In this document: positions 1 through 13,384 of the stretch, in pieces
How the letters are laid out: each line of letters opens with the position of its first letter
Position numbering within the stretch: the stretch's first letter is position 1
Source: Mobula birostris
Taxonomy: Eukaryota
Direction of reading: 5' to 3'
Assembly: GCF_030028105.1 (NCBI RefSeq)
Contig: NC_092379.1
Location: forward strand, 19,693,309 to 19,757,308
DNA: 64,000 nt
The notes under the pieces: model-generated
Database searches by the model: none
The model's input: the letters and a program-made list of their open reading frames with translations, nothing else
Told to the model about the DNA's origin: nothing
Made by a program: the position numbers and the translations under genes

Positions 1-1058
1 GTGGTTTCATAATTGGCTTGCCTGCAGAAGGCAGAGGGTCGTGGTGGAGGGAGTACATTCATATTGGAGGGTTGTGACTAGTGGTGTCCCACAAGGATTG
101 GTTCTGGGACCTCTACTTTTCGTGATTTTTATTAACGACCTGGATGTGGGGGTAGAAGGGTGGGTTGGCAAGTTTGCAGACGACACAAAGGTTGGTGGTG
201 TTGTAGGTAGTGTAGAGAATTGTCAAAGATTGCAGAGAGACATTGATAGGTTGCAGAAGTGGGTGGAGAAGTGGCAGATGGAGTTCAACCCGGAGAAGTG
301 TGAGGTAGTACGCTTTGGAAGGACAAACTCCAAAGCAGAGTACAAAGTAATTGGCAGGATACTTGGTAGTGTGGAGGAGCAGAGGGATCTCGGGGTACAT
401 GTCCACAGATCCCCTAAACTTGCCTCACAGGTAGGTAGGGTAGTTAGAAAGCTTATGTGGTGTTAGCGTTCATAAGTCGAGGGATAGAGTTTAAGAGTCG
501 CGAGGTAATGATGCAGCTCTATAAATCTCTGGTTAGGCCACACTTGGAGTACTGTGTCCAGTTCTGGTCGCCTCACTATAGGAAGGATGTGGAAGCATTG
601 GAAAGGGTACAGAGATGATTTACCAGGATGCTGCCTGGTTTGGAGAGTATGGATTATGATCAGAGATTAAGGGAGCTAGGGCTTTACTCTTTGGAGCGAA
701 GGAGGATGAGAGGAGACATGATAAAGGTATATATTAAGAGGAATAGATAGAGTGGATCACCAGTACCTCTTCCCCAGAGCACCACTGCTCAATACAAGGG
801 AACATGGCTTTAAGGTAAGGGGTGGGAAGTTCAAAGGGGATATTAGAGGAAGGTTGTTTACTCAGAGAGTGGTTGGTGCATGGAATACACTGCCTGAGTC
901 AGTGGTGGAGACAGATACACTAGTGGAATTTAAGAGACTACTAGACAGGTATATGGAAGAATTTAAGATGGGGGTTTATATGGGAGGCAGGGTCTGAGAG
1001 TTGGCACAATAATGTGGGCCGAAGGGCCTGTAATGTGCTGTACTATTCTATGTCTATG
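1..1058 (+). mobile_element. CR1-type LINE, 3' part (RT C-terminus and tail)
   Basis: SGVPQGLVLGPLLF..FINDLD...FADDTK, LEYCVQFWSPHYRKD and a (TCTATG)n tail. Contains stops and frameshifts. Confidence 0.92.
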
Positions 1059-3978
1059 TTAAAGTTAATACCCTGGTCAAATTGAATTTCTTTGGGCAGA
1101 CCTACCAGTGTGAAAAACTTACTGAATGCTTTTACTACAGTCTTTGCCTGGATGTTTCCGAGTGGCAAGGCTTCAGGGAACTGAGACACAGCACACATAA
1201 TTGTTAACACATACTGATGACCAGCTGCAGTCTTTGGCAATGGGCCTACACAATCCACTGTGACCCTTGAAAAAGGTTCACCAAAAGCAGGTATCAGTTT
1301 AAGTGGTGCTACTTGAATAACCTGATTAAGTTTCCCATCAACTTGGCTGGTGTGTCAAGTCCTGCAATAATTCACACCATCCTATCTTAAACTAGACCAG
1401 TAGAATTCCTTCATAATCCTATTCACTGTCTTTCTCTCTCCAAAATGTCCACCGAAAGGCATGTTTAAAATTTCATCCCTGTAAAGTTTCGGAACTACTA
1501 CCTGATGCTCAATGGCCCAATCCTCACTTGCAGGCACAGTGGCTGGTCTCCACTTTCTCATCAACATCCCATCTTTAAGGTAATATCTCACTGACTCTCT
1601 CTGAACCTTCTCTTCTGTGAGAGCTGTCTCCTTTAAAGCCACCATATCTGAATCTTTATTCTGTTCCTCCATAAATTCCTTCCTCGATAAGGACAAACCT
1701 TTTGTCATACATCTTACTCTCATCAGCTTTACTACCCCCTAAGTCCTGCTGGAATATGAAAGGTAGAAAAGTCGATGACACATCATCCTGGAGAGGTGTC
1801 AACCTCCCCCCATTGTTTACTAAAGTTAGCATTATCAATAGACTTATAAAAAACATGTGTATATTGTGGAAGAGGCCAAACAATCCATTTATCTCATTCC
1901 TACGACCTTTATTCTGACCTGTCTCCTTAGCAACTTCCACCAATGGCGTCTCAAAACCATATCAATTCTCCTTTTTCTCCACAACATCGTCATGCATAAC
2001 ATCATAACCTTGAAGGTGTTTACCTCCAAATGTCAAAACAAAATTCAACAGAGTGGCACATACTTCCTCAGCAGGCCTTTGTCCTGCAAGCACGGTCAAA
2101 TGTCGTGAAACCAATCTAACTTTCACAATTACTTTATTCAAAAGTCCGGAAACAACACCTTTCCCAATATCTTCAGTAACATTTACCTCACCGATTTCTA
2201 TCTTATTACTAACTTTTAAACCTTCCCTCCCCCCCCCCCCCCCCACCAATACAAGTGACTAAGAATTCTCAATTTCCACTGGTACCAAGGTTAACCGCTT
2301 ATTCACTGAGCCATAACCATCTGACACAAAAGAACGGCATTCCTTTCCAACCAAGTCGGACACCTCAGACCTTAACTGAGCTTCAACACAAGGTTCAGTA
2401 CCCTGTGAATCCACAGATACTTCAACAATCTGAACACAGGCAATTGGGACAGCTGCCTCTTCTGGGCCTTCATCACTTGCCCCAGTTTCAAATTCAAGGT
2501 CACCCCGAACCTCCCAGCTACTCTCTGGGTAACTCTCATCTGGAGTAGACTCAACCTCGTGGGATAAACCAACTTCATCTGCTGTCTTAGCAGACCCCTG
2601 CAAGGTGGCGGCATCCTCTTCAACTAGGTATGCATTTACATCAGCAGGAACACAATTTTTAAATTCTTCAAACAAAACAAGCTCTTCCGAGCTGTAAAAA
2701 TCATCAGGGTCTGACACTAAACCTCTCAGCTGCCACATCTCCCTCTTGAACTGTCTCTGTCTTTCTACCTCTTCTCTCTGTTTTTCTGCCTCTTCTGCCT
2801 TGAGCTGTTTCAGTTGCAACTCATGTTCCCTTTTTAATTTTTCCAACTGAAGCTGAAGCTCAGCCTCAGTAAGTACTTTATCTTCAGCAAACATTTTCAA
2901 CACATCCTCAGTAAATTGTGTCGTTGAAATATAATATTCAATTTTTTTTGAATTTCTACCTTAGCCATACCCTTCTTTACCGTCTTAAGTTTCAGCTCCT
3001 CAACAATTGTCTGCAATTCATCCTTTTTAGCTCTCTTCAAAACCACAGGGTTTGACAATGCCAGAAATTTCCTAACATCCATTTCTGCTGTTTTCCCACA
3101 TGACCAAATCAAAAGGGATTTTCCCCAATCAATTCCAAATAAGCCCCAACCAATTTGTTCATATCCCAGACGCAGGCCCCAATTTTGATAGGGACCCAGG
3201 ACGGGCTAAAGTTCCAGCAGAAATGGAAAACACTTTGGAGTCCAGTATTGCTATTAACTAATGGTATTTATTAGTAACTACAGAATACAGTAATATAAAT
3301 GCAGATATATCAAACAGGATTGCAATGATTATATATAAGTAAGTGTGGAAATATATGAAAACCAAGCTTCTTCAAGTCTAGGGGTAAATGATGATGATGT
3401 GTAAAGCTCAGTTCAGTTCGTGGTATTGAGTTGAGTGTTGATGGAGAGAGGGAGAGGGAGAGATTTGAGTCTTCAGGTGAGCTGATGCTGTCGATCTTCC
3501 CATTGTCCTCCGAAATCCTTTAGAAGTCACCGACTGTGACCACAACAAAGGGACCATTCTTCTGTGGTGGAATTATCAACCCGTGTGAGGGTTGGACACA
3601 CAAATGTCTCCCCACCGGTCACTCCCTTTTCACACTGTGAGAGCCGCTGATTGATCCGCCTGATCGATCCTCCAAAACCCACCTTTTCTGTGGGCACAAC
3701 AAAACTCATTCAGTGTCCAAAACCATGTGTCTCCAGGTCTAAGAGCTGACCTTCTATTTATCTCGCTGTGCTGAATACTAGCTGTCCATCAGGCAGCTCC
3801 TCCCTCCTCTCTCTGTAAGAACACAGAAGCTGCCAGCGTCCCTGTAGGAAGTATAAACAAACTGTGAGCAATCTTTGCCTCTCTCTCTTTCTTTTTAACA
3901 AAGTGTCTGGTGTTGAGCAACTCCCTCTCTCTCTTTTCAAAAGCACAGTTCATAGGGGTAATTAGAGACCCCATCACA
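1059..3978 (-). mobile_element. Gmr1-like Ty3/Gypsy LTR retrotransposon, 5' portion (LTR, gag, protease, integrase), degenerate
   Basis: LTR 3186-3978 with TG...CA ends. Gag has a SCAN-like LFEEFKNCVP..V..YL motif. Integrase (GGHFGERKT...FYW; VDCVGPLPKT...DQG.NF) follows the protease region with no RT between, the PR-IN order of Gmr1-like elements. Truncated by CR1 at 1058. Confidence 0.75.
3163..3181 (-). promoter_or_regulatory. Primer-binding site resembling the tRNA-Pro complement
   Basis: TGGGGCCTGCGTCTGGGAT, 4 nt after the LTR terminal CA; compare PBS-Pro TGGGGGCTCGTCCGGGAT. Confidence 0.65.
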
Positions 3979-6900
3979 ATATATCTAACATGATTACCAA
4001 TTTGCGGGACTGTCCTGAATCCTTAAAGGAGCTGCACCAGCTATCCGCACTGCGAAGAGTTAGAGTGTCTAAGTTCCAGAAGCTGGATCTGTTGGGTGCG
4101 TCTCTTAACAGGACCCATCACCTATGGCTGACTGCTGACAATCCTGGCTGTTTGTAGAGACAGTGATGATAGACGTCAAAGAGGGCCAGATCTAAGATGT
4201 CTCTATCAGGCACCCAGCACCTCTACTGTGGTCCGAATTCTTCCCAGTCCACGAGGTATTGTTGAACACCTGGAGCAGTACGCAAGTACAGAAGTCTTCT
4301 CACCGTGAAGACCTGTTCCCCCTCAATAAACCAGAGTGGCAGCAGGGCTGGTGGTGGTGGGGCTAAGGGACTGATGCAGACAGGTTTTAATTTATAGATG
4401 TGGAAGGTGGGATTCATCTTTAGAGTCTTGGGGAGCTGCAAGGTATAAGCCATGGGGTTTACTTTCCTTAGGACTTTGATGGATCCAGTGAATTTGCTTG
4501 CCAACTTTCTAGATTCCACACAGAGATACGAATTATAAGTGGACAGCCAGACCTGTTGCTCAGGGTCTAAATTGGGTCTGTCTTCTCCTTCAGTTTGCTT
4601 TGGTCTCTGACCTCTGGATGGAGGCCAGAAAAGTTTCTCATGCCCTAATCTATTTCTGCTTGCAGCATTGGATGAAATCTTTGGCTGCAGGGACCCCAAC
4701 CTCTGCCTCCTTGCATGGAAAGAGGGGCAGCGGATAACCAAACTGTCACTTGAATAGTGACATCCCATACGCTGAATGCTGTAAGATGTCCACTCATAAG
4801 GTCTTTCTGAGGCCAGGCATCTGAAGGTACATTCTAAATCTTGTTTAGTCCACTCCATCTGACCTTTAGATTGAGGGTAAAACCCAGAGGAAAAGCTTAC
4901 TGCTGCCACTATCAGTTTACAGAACACTCTCCAGAAATATGATGTTTATTGTGGACCACAATCTGAGACAACATCCACCAGGAATCTGTGGATCCTGAAG
5001 ACCAGCACCAGGACTATTTTGGCTGTCCCCCCTGCAGATGGTTGCTTCTTCAAGACAATGAACTTGCAGGCTTTCAAAAACCAATCGAAAATTACCATGA
5101 TGACCGGCTTCCCCTTGGTTGGCAGGAGACCCATGACAAGGTCCATGGAGGTGTGTGTCCAATGTCTTTCCAGAACAGGACGGGGGTGGGGGAGCCCTTG
5201 AGATCAGGAATGAGGCTCCTTGTTCCAGTCACACACCTTACATGCTTCCACGAAGGACCGAACCTCTTTTGTCATTCCAGGCATCCAGTACCTCCACTTG
5301 GTAAACCTGAGGGTCCTGGCAATCCCTGGCAGTGTGGTCATTTTTGACGAATGACCCCATTGGAGTACTTGTGACCAGAATGAAGTTGGGACAAAGAGCT
5401 GACCTAGAAGGCTGTTCTTAGAAATTCCCCCCAATCGCTTGGGCCTTGTGATCAGGATCGTCGTTTGCTCATCCAATTGCTGTGACCACACTGACTTGCG
5501 GCAAAATAGGGGTAGGTTGCTCCTCTCATTCTGGTTCGTCAAACTCACGGGACAGGGCTTCTGGCTTCTGGTTCTTTGACCCCAGTCAATAGAACAGGAT
5601 GAATTCAAAAAACAAAGACAACCTGACCTGCTCGGAATGCAGGCTCTTGGCCTCCTGAATATAAGCCAGGTTCTTCTGGTCAGTCCAAATGATAAAAGGG
5701 TTCCTGGCCCCCTCAAACCAGTGACGCCATTACTCCAAAGCTAAGAACTGCAAGGGGCTCCCAATTCTCGTTGTCATAGTTCCTCTCTGCCGGGGATAGC
5801 CACCTGGAGAAGAATGCGCACAGGTTTAGTTTACCATCCAAAGGTGATCGTTGAGACAAGATGGCACCCACTCCATTGATTGAGCTGTCCACCTCCATGA
5901 TGAAGGGGAGGTCCCAGTTAGGAGAAACCAAATTAGAAGCTGTTGTGAACCACTGTTTGAGCTCAACAAAAGCAGACTCTGCTTCGGTAGTCCAGACGTA
6001 AGGGTGTGTAGAATTCTTAATTAGCAAAGGCAGCAGACCTGCACTGAGCTGAAGTTGCTTATGAACTTCTGGTAGAAATTTGCAATCCCCAAGAAACATT
6101 GGATTTGTTTGCTGCTAGATGGTGGCGGTCAGTCTCTGACTGCCTGGGTCTTGGTAAGTCTTGGTAGGCTCCATCTTGAGATTGCCATTGGAGATGATGA
6201 ACACCAAAAATGAAACAGTCGTCACGTGAAACTCAGACTTCTCCAACAGAACATCAACTCCATGCTCTAGACGCCTCTTTAAAATGTCCCTGACGTTAAC
6301 GTCGTTTTTCTCCATGGACTTTGAAAAGGTTACGGTATCATCAATGTAGATGAAGGAATACTTATCAAGAATATCCATAATGGCTGGAGCATTCACGAGG
6401 CTGAAGGGCATCACCAGATACTCGTAGTGCCCCGTTGGTGTATTGAATGCAGTCTTCCACTCATCACATTCCCTTATATGGACCAGATGGTACACACTCT
6501 GTCATTCCAGATTTGTGAATACTCTCAGTCTTGGAGCATTTCGAAGTCCATGAATGGCAGTGGGTAGTGATATTTGGCCATCATGCAGTTTAATCCTCTA
6601 TAATCAATGCACGGCCAAGGGCTTCCGTCCTTCTTTCGTATGAAGCAGAAGCCTGTGCCAGTGAGTGAGGTGAAGAGCCGAATGAAGCCTGTGGCAAGAG
6701 CCTCCTTAATATACTCTTCCACTACACTTCTCTCTGGGCCCAAGAGTGCGCTTAATCAACGCTGCAGGGGACAAGTACCAGGCAGCAGGTATCGCACAGT
6801 TGTGGGGTTGGTGTGTTGGAAGAGTTGAGGCCTTTCCCTTGCTGAAGGCTTCCTCCATGTCCTTGTAGATGGATGCACTTTCAATGGGTTTGGGTGTTCT

Positions 6901-7765
6901 ATCTCCTTGGACTCTCTTTCGAAGATGATCCCTGAGGCTTTTTAGGCGGTGGGGTGATTCAACTGACCTCAGAGTCCGCTCCCTAGGCTCACAAAGCTCA
7001 TTCATGGAAACGAGCCAAGTCAGAGTCTAAATCCCAATCAGGATCCTCAGTCAGCGGCAGCGAGGTGTTACAGAGGGTTCTTTTCCTCCTGGAAACAGGT
7101 TTCAAGGCTCGGCATAATGGAGTCTGTTCCATTACTCGAGACCTGGTAGCTGTGTTCTTAAGGTTGGCTGCAAGTTTCCCAGAGAGTTCGGGCATCTCTT
7201 TGGTCTAGTTCCTGTGGGATTCAGACTCGATAGTGTCAGAACTCATACAGTCTCATCGTCTGGAATCAGTTTCTCCATCCAGGAGGGCAGGACTAAGTCA
7301 CCAGAAGGTCTTGGATTACTTCGCACTGAGGCTGCACCCTTTTTGGTCATTTCTCATGGGAGTGTCTGAGTCTTGGAACACCATGCCACAAACAAACCCT
7401 CTTACAATGACGGACCAAGAAATTGAGGGGTAGGGCCAGGAGGGGATTTGGTACTCGAATTAGTGTAGTAAAGGGAACAGATAATATTAGTGTGAGGAAT
7501 GTGAAACCAACGTTTTGTTTCAATGATTCTCCCCTCCCTCCAGTCCATGGAGGATTATGCTGGGATAGCCAAGGGTACTCGAGGATCAGGGGTACGTGGA
7601 GAATCAATTATGTAGAAACTAATATCATCCCCATGATCTGCTATCCTCATCTGCAAATCCACAGTCTGTTGCTGGATCCGCCCGGAACTGAGTGGGTGAC
7701 TGTCCAAGACAGTTGCAGGCATGGCTTGGCTCAACACTCACAGCGGGCAGTAACTTACAGATAAG
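3979..7765 (-). mobile_element. Chromodomain-bearing Ty3/Gypsy element (sushi-like chromovirus): PR-RT-RNaseH-IN-chromo plus partial 3' LTR, degenerate
   Basis: [25 protein letters not shown], RNase H EVDSS..GVGAILSQ, integrase ACKVC / MDLVMGL, chromodomain QYLVDWEEFGP. 3979-4100 resembles the LTRs at 26455-26742 and 63051-63368. Confidence 0.85.
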
Positions 7766-7770
7766 TTACA

Positions 7771-8836
7771 GTACCTGGGCCTTTGTCCCTCCCTCTGCAA
7801 TTGGATGCTCCGGTTAGGAAGACCACCATTCGTGATAATATCTCCTCCTTGCTGACGATCAACACTGGTGCACGTCAGGGGTGTGTGCTTAGCCCACTGC
7901 TTCTCTCTCTCTATACCCATGACTATGTGGTTGGGCATAGCTCAAATACCATCTATAAATTTGCTGATGATACAACCGTTATTGGTAGAATCTCAGATGG
8001 AGATGAGAGGGCGTGCAGGAGGGAGATATACCAACTTGTGTCGTGGTGCCACTGCAACAACCTTGCACTCAATAACAGTAAGACAAAAGAGCTGATTGTG
8101 GATTTCAGGAAGGGCAAGATCAAGGAACACATACCAATCCTCATAGAGGAATCAGAAGTGGAGACAGTGAGCCATTTCAAGTCCCTGGGTGTCAAGATCT
8201 CTGAGCACCTAACCTGCCCCCAACATATCGACGCAGCTATAAAGAAGGCAAGACAGTGACAATACTTCATTAGGAGTTTGAAGAGATTTGGTAGGTCAAC
8301 AAAAACACTCAAAAGCTTCTATAGATGTACCATGGAGAGCATTCTGACAGGCTGCCACACTGTCTGGCGGGGGGCGGGGTTGGGGTGTTGGGTGGCTACT
8401 GCACAAGACCGAAAGAAGCTGCAGAAGGTCATAAATTTAGTTGGCTCTACCGGGGGTACTAGCCTACATAGTACCCAGGACATCTTCAAAGAGAGGTATC
8501 TCAGAAAGGCAGCGTCCATTATTAAGGACCCCCAGCACCCATTCCCATCAGATAGGAGGTACAGAAACCTGAAGGCACACACTCAGCGATTCAGGAACAG
8601 CTTCTGCCCCTCTGCCATTTAATTCCTAAATGGATATTGAACCCATGAACACCCCCTCACTTTTTAAATATATACTATTTCTGTTTTTGCATAATTTTTA
8701 ATCTTGTTCAATATATGTAAACTATAATTTATTTATTTATATATTTTTCTTTTTATATTATGTATTGCTTTGAACTGCTGCTGCTAAACTAACAAATTTC
8801 ATGACACATGCTGGTGATAATAAACCTGATTCTGGA
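7771..8836 (+). mobile_element. Rex1/Babar-type non-LTR retrotransposon, 3' part
   Basis: TGARQGCVLSPLLLSLYTHD...KFADDTTVIG, FYRCTMESILTGC, and a tail ending TAAACCTGATTCTG. Confidence 0.85.
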
Positions 8837-8929
8837 TGTTGAACCAACCAGTGAATCAATGGGATTGGGATTAGTGACTGCTACGGTTATAGTCCTCCTG
8901 ATACTGAACGGTCTTAGCAGTCCTGACTG

Positions 8930-10590
8930 TTCCAGCCTGGGATGTTCAATCATGCCCACAGAACCTGGTCTTAGACTCTCCCAGTATAGGAAAAATCCTC
9001 TCCACATCCACTCTTATCAAGGCTTTTCAACATTTGATCAGTTTCAATAAGGGCACCACTCATTATTCTGAATTCCAGCAAGTACATGAAATTCTCTCCT
9101 TATGACAAGCCTTTCAATCTCAGAATGATTTTTGTGAACTCTCCTCAATGTGACCACATTCTTTCTTAGATAAGGGGCCCAAAAGTGCTCACAGTACTTC
9201 AAGTTGGGCCTCACCAATGCTTTCAAAGACTCAACGTTACATCCCTGCTCTTATCTTGTAGTCCACTTGGAATGAATGCTGACATCACATTTGCCTTCCT
9301 CACCACTGACACAACCTGCAAATTAACCTTTAGGAAATCCCGCACAAGGACTCCCAAGTTCCTCTGCACTTCAGATTTTTGAAATTTCTGTCCGTTTAGA
9401 AAACAGTCTGCCCTTTTATTTCTTCTTCCAAAGTGCATGACCATACAATTCCAAACATTGTATTCCATCTGCTGCTTCATTGCCCGCTCTCCCAATCTGT
9501 TTTAGTCCTTCTGTAGCCTCTCTACTTTCTCAAAACTACCTGCCCCTCCACCCATCTTGATTCATGTGCAAACTTTGCAACAAAGCCAACAATACCATCA
9601 TCCAAGTCATTGACATTTTTCATTAAAAGCAGTCCCACCACTAGTCATCGGCAGCCAAACAGAAAAGTCTCCCTTTTATCCCATTCTTTGCCTTGTAGCA
9701 ATCAGCCACTTTATCCATGCTAGTGTCTTTCCTGTAATACCATGGGCTCTTAACTTGTGAAGCAGCCTCGTGTGCGGCGCCTTGTCAAATGCCTTCTGAA
9801 AATCCAAGTACACAATATCCACCGATTCTATTCTGCTTGGTAACTCTTCAAAGAATTCCAACAAATTTCTCAGGCAGGCTTTTCCTCGAGAAAACCATGC
9901 TGACTGTGGCCTGCTTTATGATGTGCCTCCAAGTACCCAGAAACTACAACCTTAACAATCAACTCCAAAATCTTCTCAACCACTAAGATCAGATTAACTG
10001 GCCAACAATGTCCTTTCTTCTGCCTCTCTCCTTCTTAAAAAGAGGAGTGACATTTCCAATTTTCCAGTCTTCTGGAACCATTCCAGAATCTAGTGATTTG
10101 TGAACAATCATCACTAATGCCTTCCCAGTCTCTTCAGTCACCTCCTCCAGAACCCTGGGGTGTACACCATCTGGTCCAGGTGACCTACCTACCTTCAGAC
10201 CTTTCAGTTTCTCAAGAACCTTCTCCCTAGTAATGGCAGAGTCTCCCACTTCTGCCCCCTGACACTCTCGAAATTCCCATACAGCTCGTGCCTTCCACAG
10301 TGAAGACTGATGCAAAATACTTCTTTAGTTCTTCAGTTTGTCCACCATTTCCTTGTCCCCTATTACTATCTCTCCAGCATCATTGTCCAGTAGTCTGATA
10401 TCCATTTTCTTCTCTCTTTCACAATTTATGTATCTGAAGAAACCTTTGGTATCCTTTTTAACAGTATTGGCTAGCTTACTTTTGTATTCCATGCTTTTCT
10501 TCTGTAAGGCCTTTTTCATTGCCTTCTGGTGGTTTTTAAATTCTTCCCAGTCTAACTGCCCACCAATTCTTGCTCCATTATATTAACTTC
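8930..10590 (-). mobile_element. CR1 LINE fragment
   Basis: Minus-strand SPGPDGVHPRVL, VYLDFQKAFDK and LKYCEHFWAPYLRK motifs, heavily interrupted. Confidence 0.85.
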
Positions 10591-11004
10591 CTGCCATAGG
10601 GATTGCGTTTACCAGTCTATAGTTTCTGGCATTTTATGGGATCGATTCCCATCAATGAGAGGACTCCTTCATCCGGTTATCAGCAGTCATTTGGACAAAG
10701 CCCCAGGATGAGATTGAAAGGAAGAAATCTCAGTCTGTCTCTGTGGGAATGCCCCCAAACGCAGTATTGTGCAAAAATATACTTGGATCAGAATTTGGAG
10801 AGTCACACGTTCACAAAGTCGAGGAGATTTCCAGTGCCTAGAACACAGGGTGCAGAGCAGGAAGTGAGAAACATGTCCCGGATTTGGATATTAGTCCAGT
10901 ACACTGGCCTTTGAGGATCTCTCCCTCGTACTCTGACCTCTCCCTCCTTGTCCTTCCTTGTTTCCCTCCCTCTTTCACCTTCCACCTTCTCTATTCATTT
11001 CATC

Positions 11005-11275
11005 AAGGGGTTGAGTTGGTGATGCAGATACGCAAGTTCAGATCACATCACGGCAGCTGGGATGTTTAAACTCAGTTCATTAAACATGTAACTGTGGCTT
11101 TGACGAAATGGATTGATGTCCGTGTTTCAAGGAAGGGAATCTACTGACTTTACCTGGTCTGGCCTGTATATGTCTCCAGGCCCACGGTAATGTAGTTGAC
11201 CTTTAACTGCACTGTGAAATGACCCAGTAATCCACCCAGTTCAAGAGCAGTTGGGATGGGAAAGAAATGTTGTTC
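11005..11275 (+). mobile_element. Degenerate shark-type SINE (SacSINE1/DeuSINE-like)
   Basis: Contains GGAAGGGAATCT..CTTTACCTGGTCTGGCCT..ATGT.TCCAGGCCCAC..AATGT.GTTGAC, recalled from shark DeuSINEs. Similar reverse-oriented relics near 35945-36090, 48270-48400 and 59240-59430. Confidence 0.55.
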
Positions 11276-13241
11276 TACTCACATCTCATGACTGAATAAC
11301 TAAAAGTCATCCACGGTTATATTGTATCATGACGGATCCATCACAGTTTAGATTTGTGATCAATCCCATGAGATTGGGATTGATTTTAATTTAAATTGCA
11401 GATATAGCATTAGGAATGACTCTTGTCAATAGTTGGATTGGCCAGTCCTGCTTACACATGAGTGACCAGTGTAAGTTCAGGTTATGGGCATGGGAAATCT
11501 CCACAGGATCTGGTCCTAAGTCATCTCCTTAGCTGCAATAACTTCCCCAGTATCTGAGTCAGTGCCATGCCCCCTCATGACATGCTCTGCACTCCAGGTT
11601 ATGGGCACAGGGAGTCTCCTACAATACATGATTGTGGGTGCAGTCTCTAAAATCTGCTCCATATATATTTTCCCAAATGTCCGAACATGGTGCATTCCTC
11701 AGATATGGGGTTGGGAATCTGATACTCGGATTCTTCCAAATAGCTGATTTTAAATTGCTTCTCAAACATGGGAATCACCACCCTTCCCGAAGATCATTCG
11801 TGCATTCCCAAGCTCTTGTCATACTTCCTCATGAATGATGTTGAGAATTAACCACAATTTCTGGTCCTGTGGAGGAGTATTTTTCTCATTGTCTGCTCTT
11901 TCATAGTTTTCCCCAATGTCTATTCCTGGAGTATATTCCTTCAATATCTGGTCCTGTGTGCCTTCCTCTAATGTCTGTCCCTTGGACTTACTCTGCTCAA
12001 ATCAGGTGCTGGTGTCCATCACACAAACATCTGTTGTATTCTATTCTATCTTGGTTTGCATTAATTTCGTACCTGTTTATCTTTTCTACTCCTGGTGTTG
12101 TATTTTCCTGCATTGGCATATTTTAAAAAAAATGCTATTTCTTGCTGACATCCCATTCAAACATGTGTCTGGTCGATATACAGTTCTGCTTCACCTGTAC
12201 TTGTACCAACACCTCCACACTCTCTGATGGGTTTCCTTCAGCTTAGCACCGAGCAGGCCAAAAGCTTTGGTCCCCACAGTAAGTTCTGTTTCACGGCAGT
12301 GATGCTGTTAAGTGCCTTTTCAGTGGCCTGAGAACAAAAATTCAGGGTGACTTGACAGTTCACTGTAGTGCAGAGGGACAAAGGTGCTGCCTTTCAGCTG
12401 AGACATTGAAGGGAGATTGTGCATACAATGGAGAAGCTCCTGTACCTACAGCTTTATAGGACATGGAGGGTGGAGATTAGGATAATGTGTTGAAATATGG
12501 GATTGAGACACTCATTATTAAACATTCCACCAATATCTGTATCTGGGATGTGTAACACGGTTCTGAAAAACTCTTCCAATGGGCCTCTGTGTTTTCCTGA
12601 ATATCTTTCTCAGGGTGCAGCACCTTGGTATTCCTACCATGGGAAATCCATTAAGAACATGAACAGTATGTGTGGGGCTACACTCATATATCACAGGCTG
12701 GAAATCTCTCCGATATTTGTCCCGGGATGCACTACCCATTTGTTGTACTTGGACGCATGTGAAGTCACTGCAGTGATGAGGGAACTAAGATGGGCTGAAT
12801 GGTTTTATCAACTCCAGACACTTCATTTTCTCATTTACTTTGTTTTTTAATTCACATAATTTCAAATCATGATATAAACTTCAGCAGAATAATGAAAGAA
12901 AAGCTACAGGCAATGATTTCCATAATGTCTGATTTCCAAAATATGACAGAACAAGATCCCAAGCCCCCTCTCCACCACAATCCCCGTCCCCATGTCAACT
13001 TCTTGCTCCATAACAATAATACCCATTTCCTCACCTCCCTCTTCTCTTTCACTAAGCACACCCATATTCCCCGCTCCCCATTCCCAAGCCTTAACCCTGC
13101 CTTCCTCTCCCCTCCTGTAAACCCCCTCCAGTGTCACATATCCTGCCATTTTCCCAATGTATCATCCACTGCTGTCCCTCCGCCCACTGAACCGGCTCTG
13201 TGCCCCCATTTCCCATCTGGCATCCCCGGTACATTTAGAGG

Positions 13242-13384
13242 TTTATTTCCTGAAATGAGCAGTTGCAGTGCAGTAGCCTCGGATTGCCGAGTGAGTGAGA
13301 TGGAGACTCCATTTCCAAACATCGCAGCCACACGGGGATCTCTTGACTGAATGTGGGGCGTGTGTCTGCTGGTCACTGCTGAAC
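13242..13384 (-). CDS. IgW: Candidate IgW TM2 terminal exon (VQQ*, coding 13373-13384) with 3' UTR and polyA signal
   Basis: Pyrimidine-rich acceptor CTCTCCTGTCTATATTTCAG followed by GTT CAG CAG TGA, phase 0 as TM1 requires, giving a KVQQ* tail. AATAAA at 13242-13247. It lies in the first substantial non-TE stretch downstream of TM1. Confidence 0.55.

Noticed and set aside
12135-12194. Alternative TM2 starting VK
   Set aside because: The acceptor lacks a polypyrimidine tract and the 19-aa tail is unlike Ig TM2. The 13384 site is much stronger.
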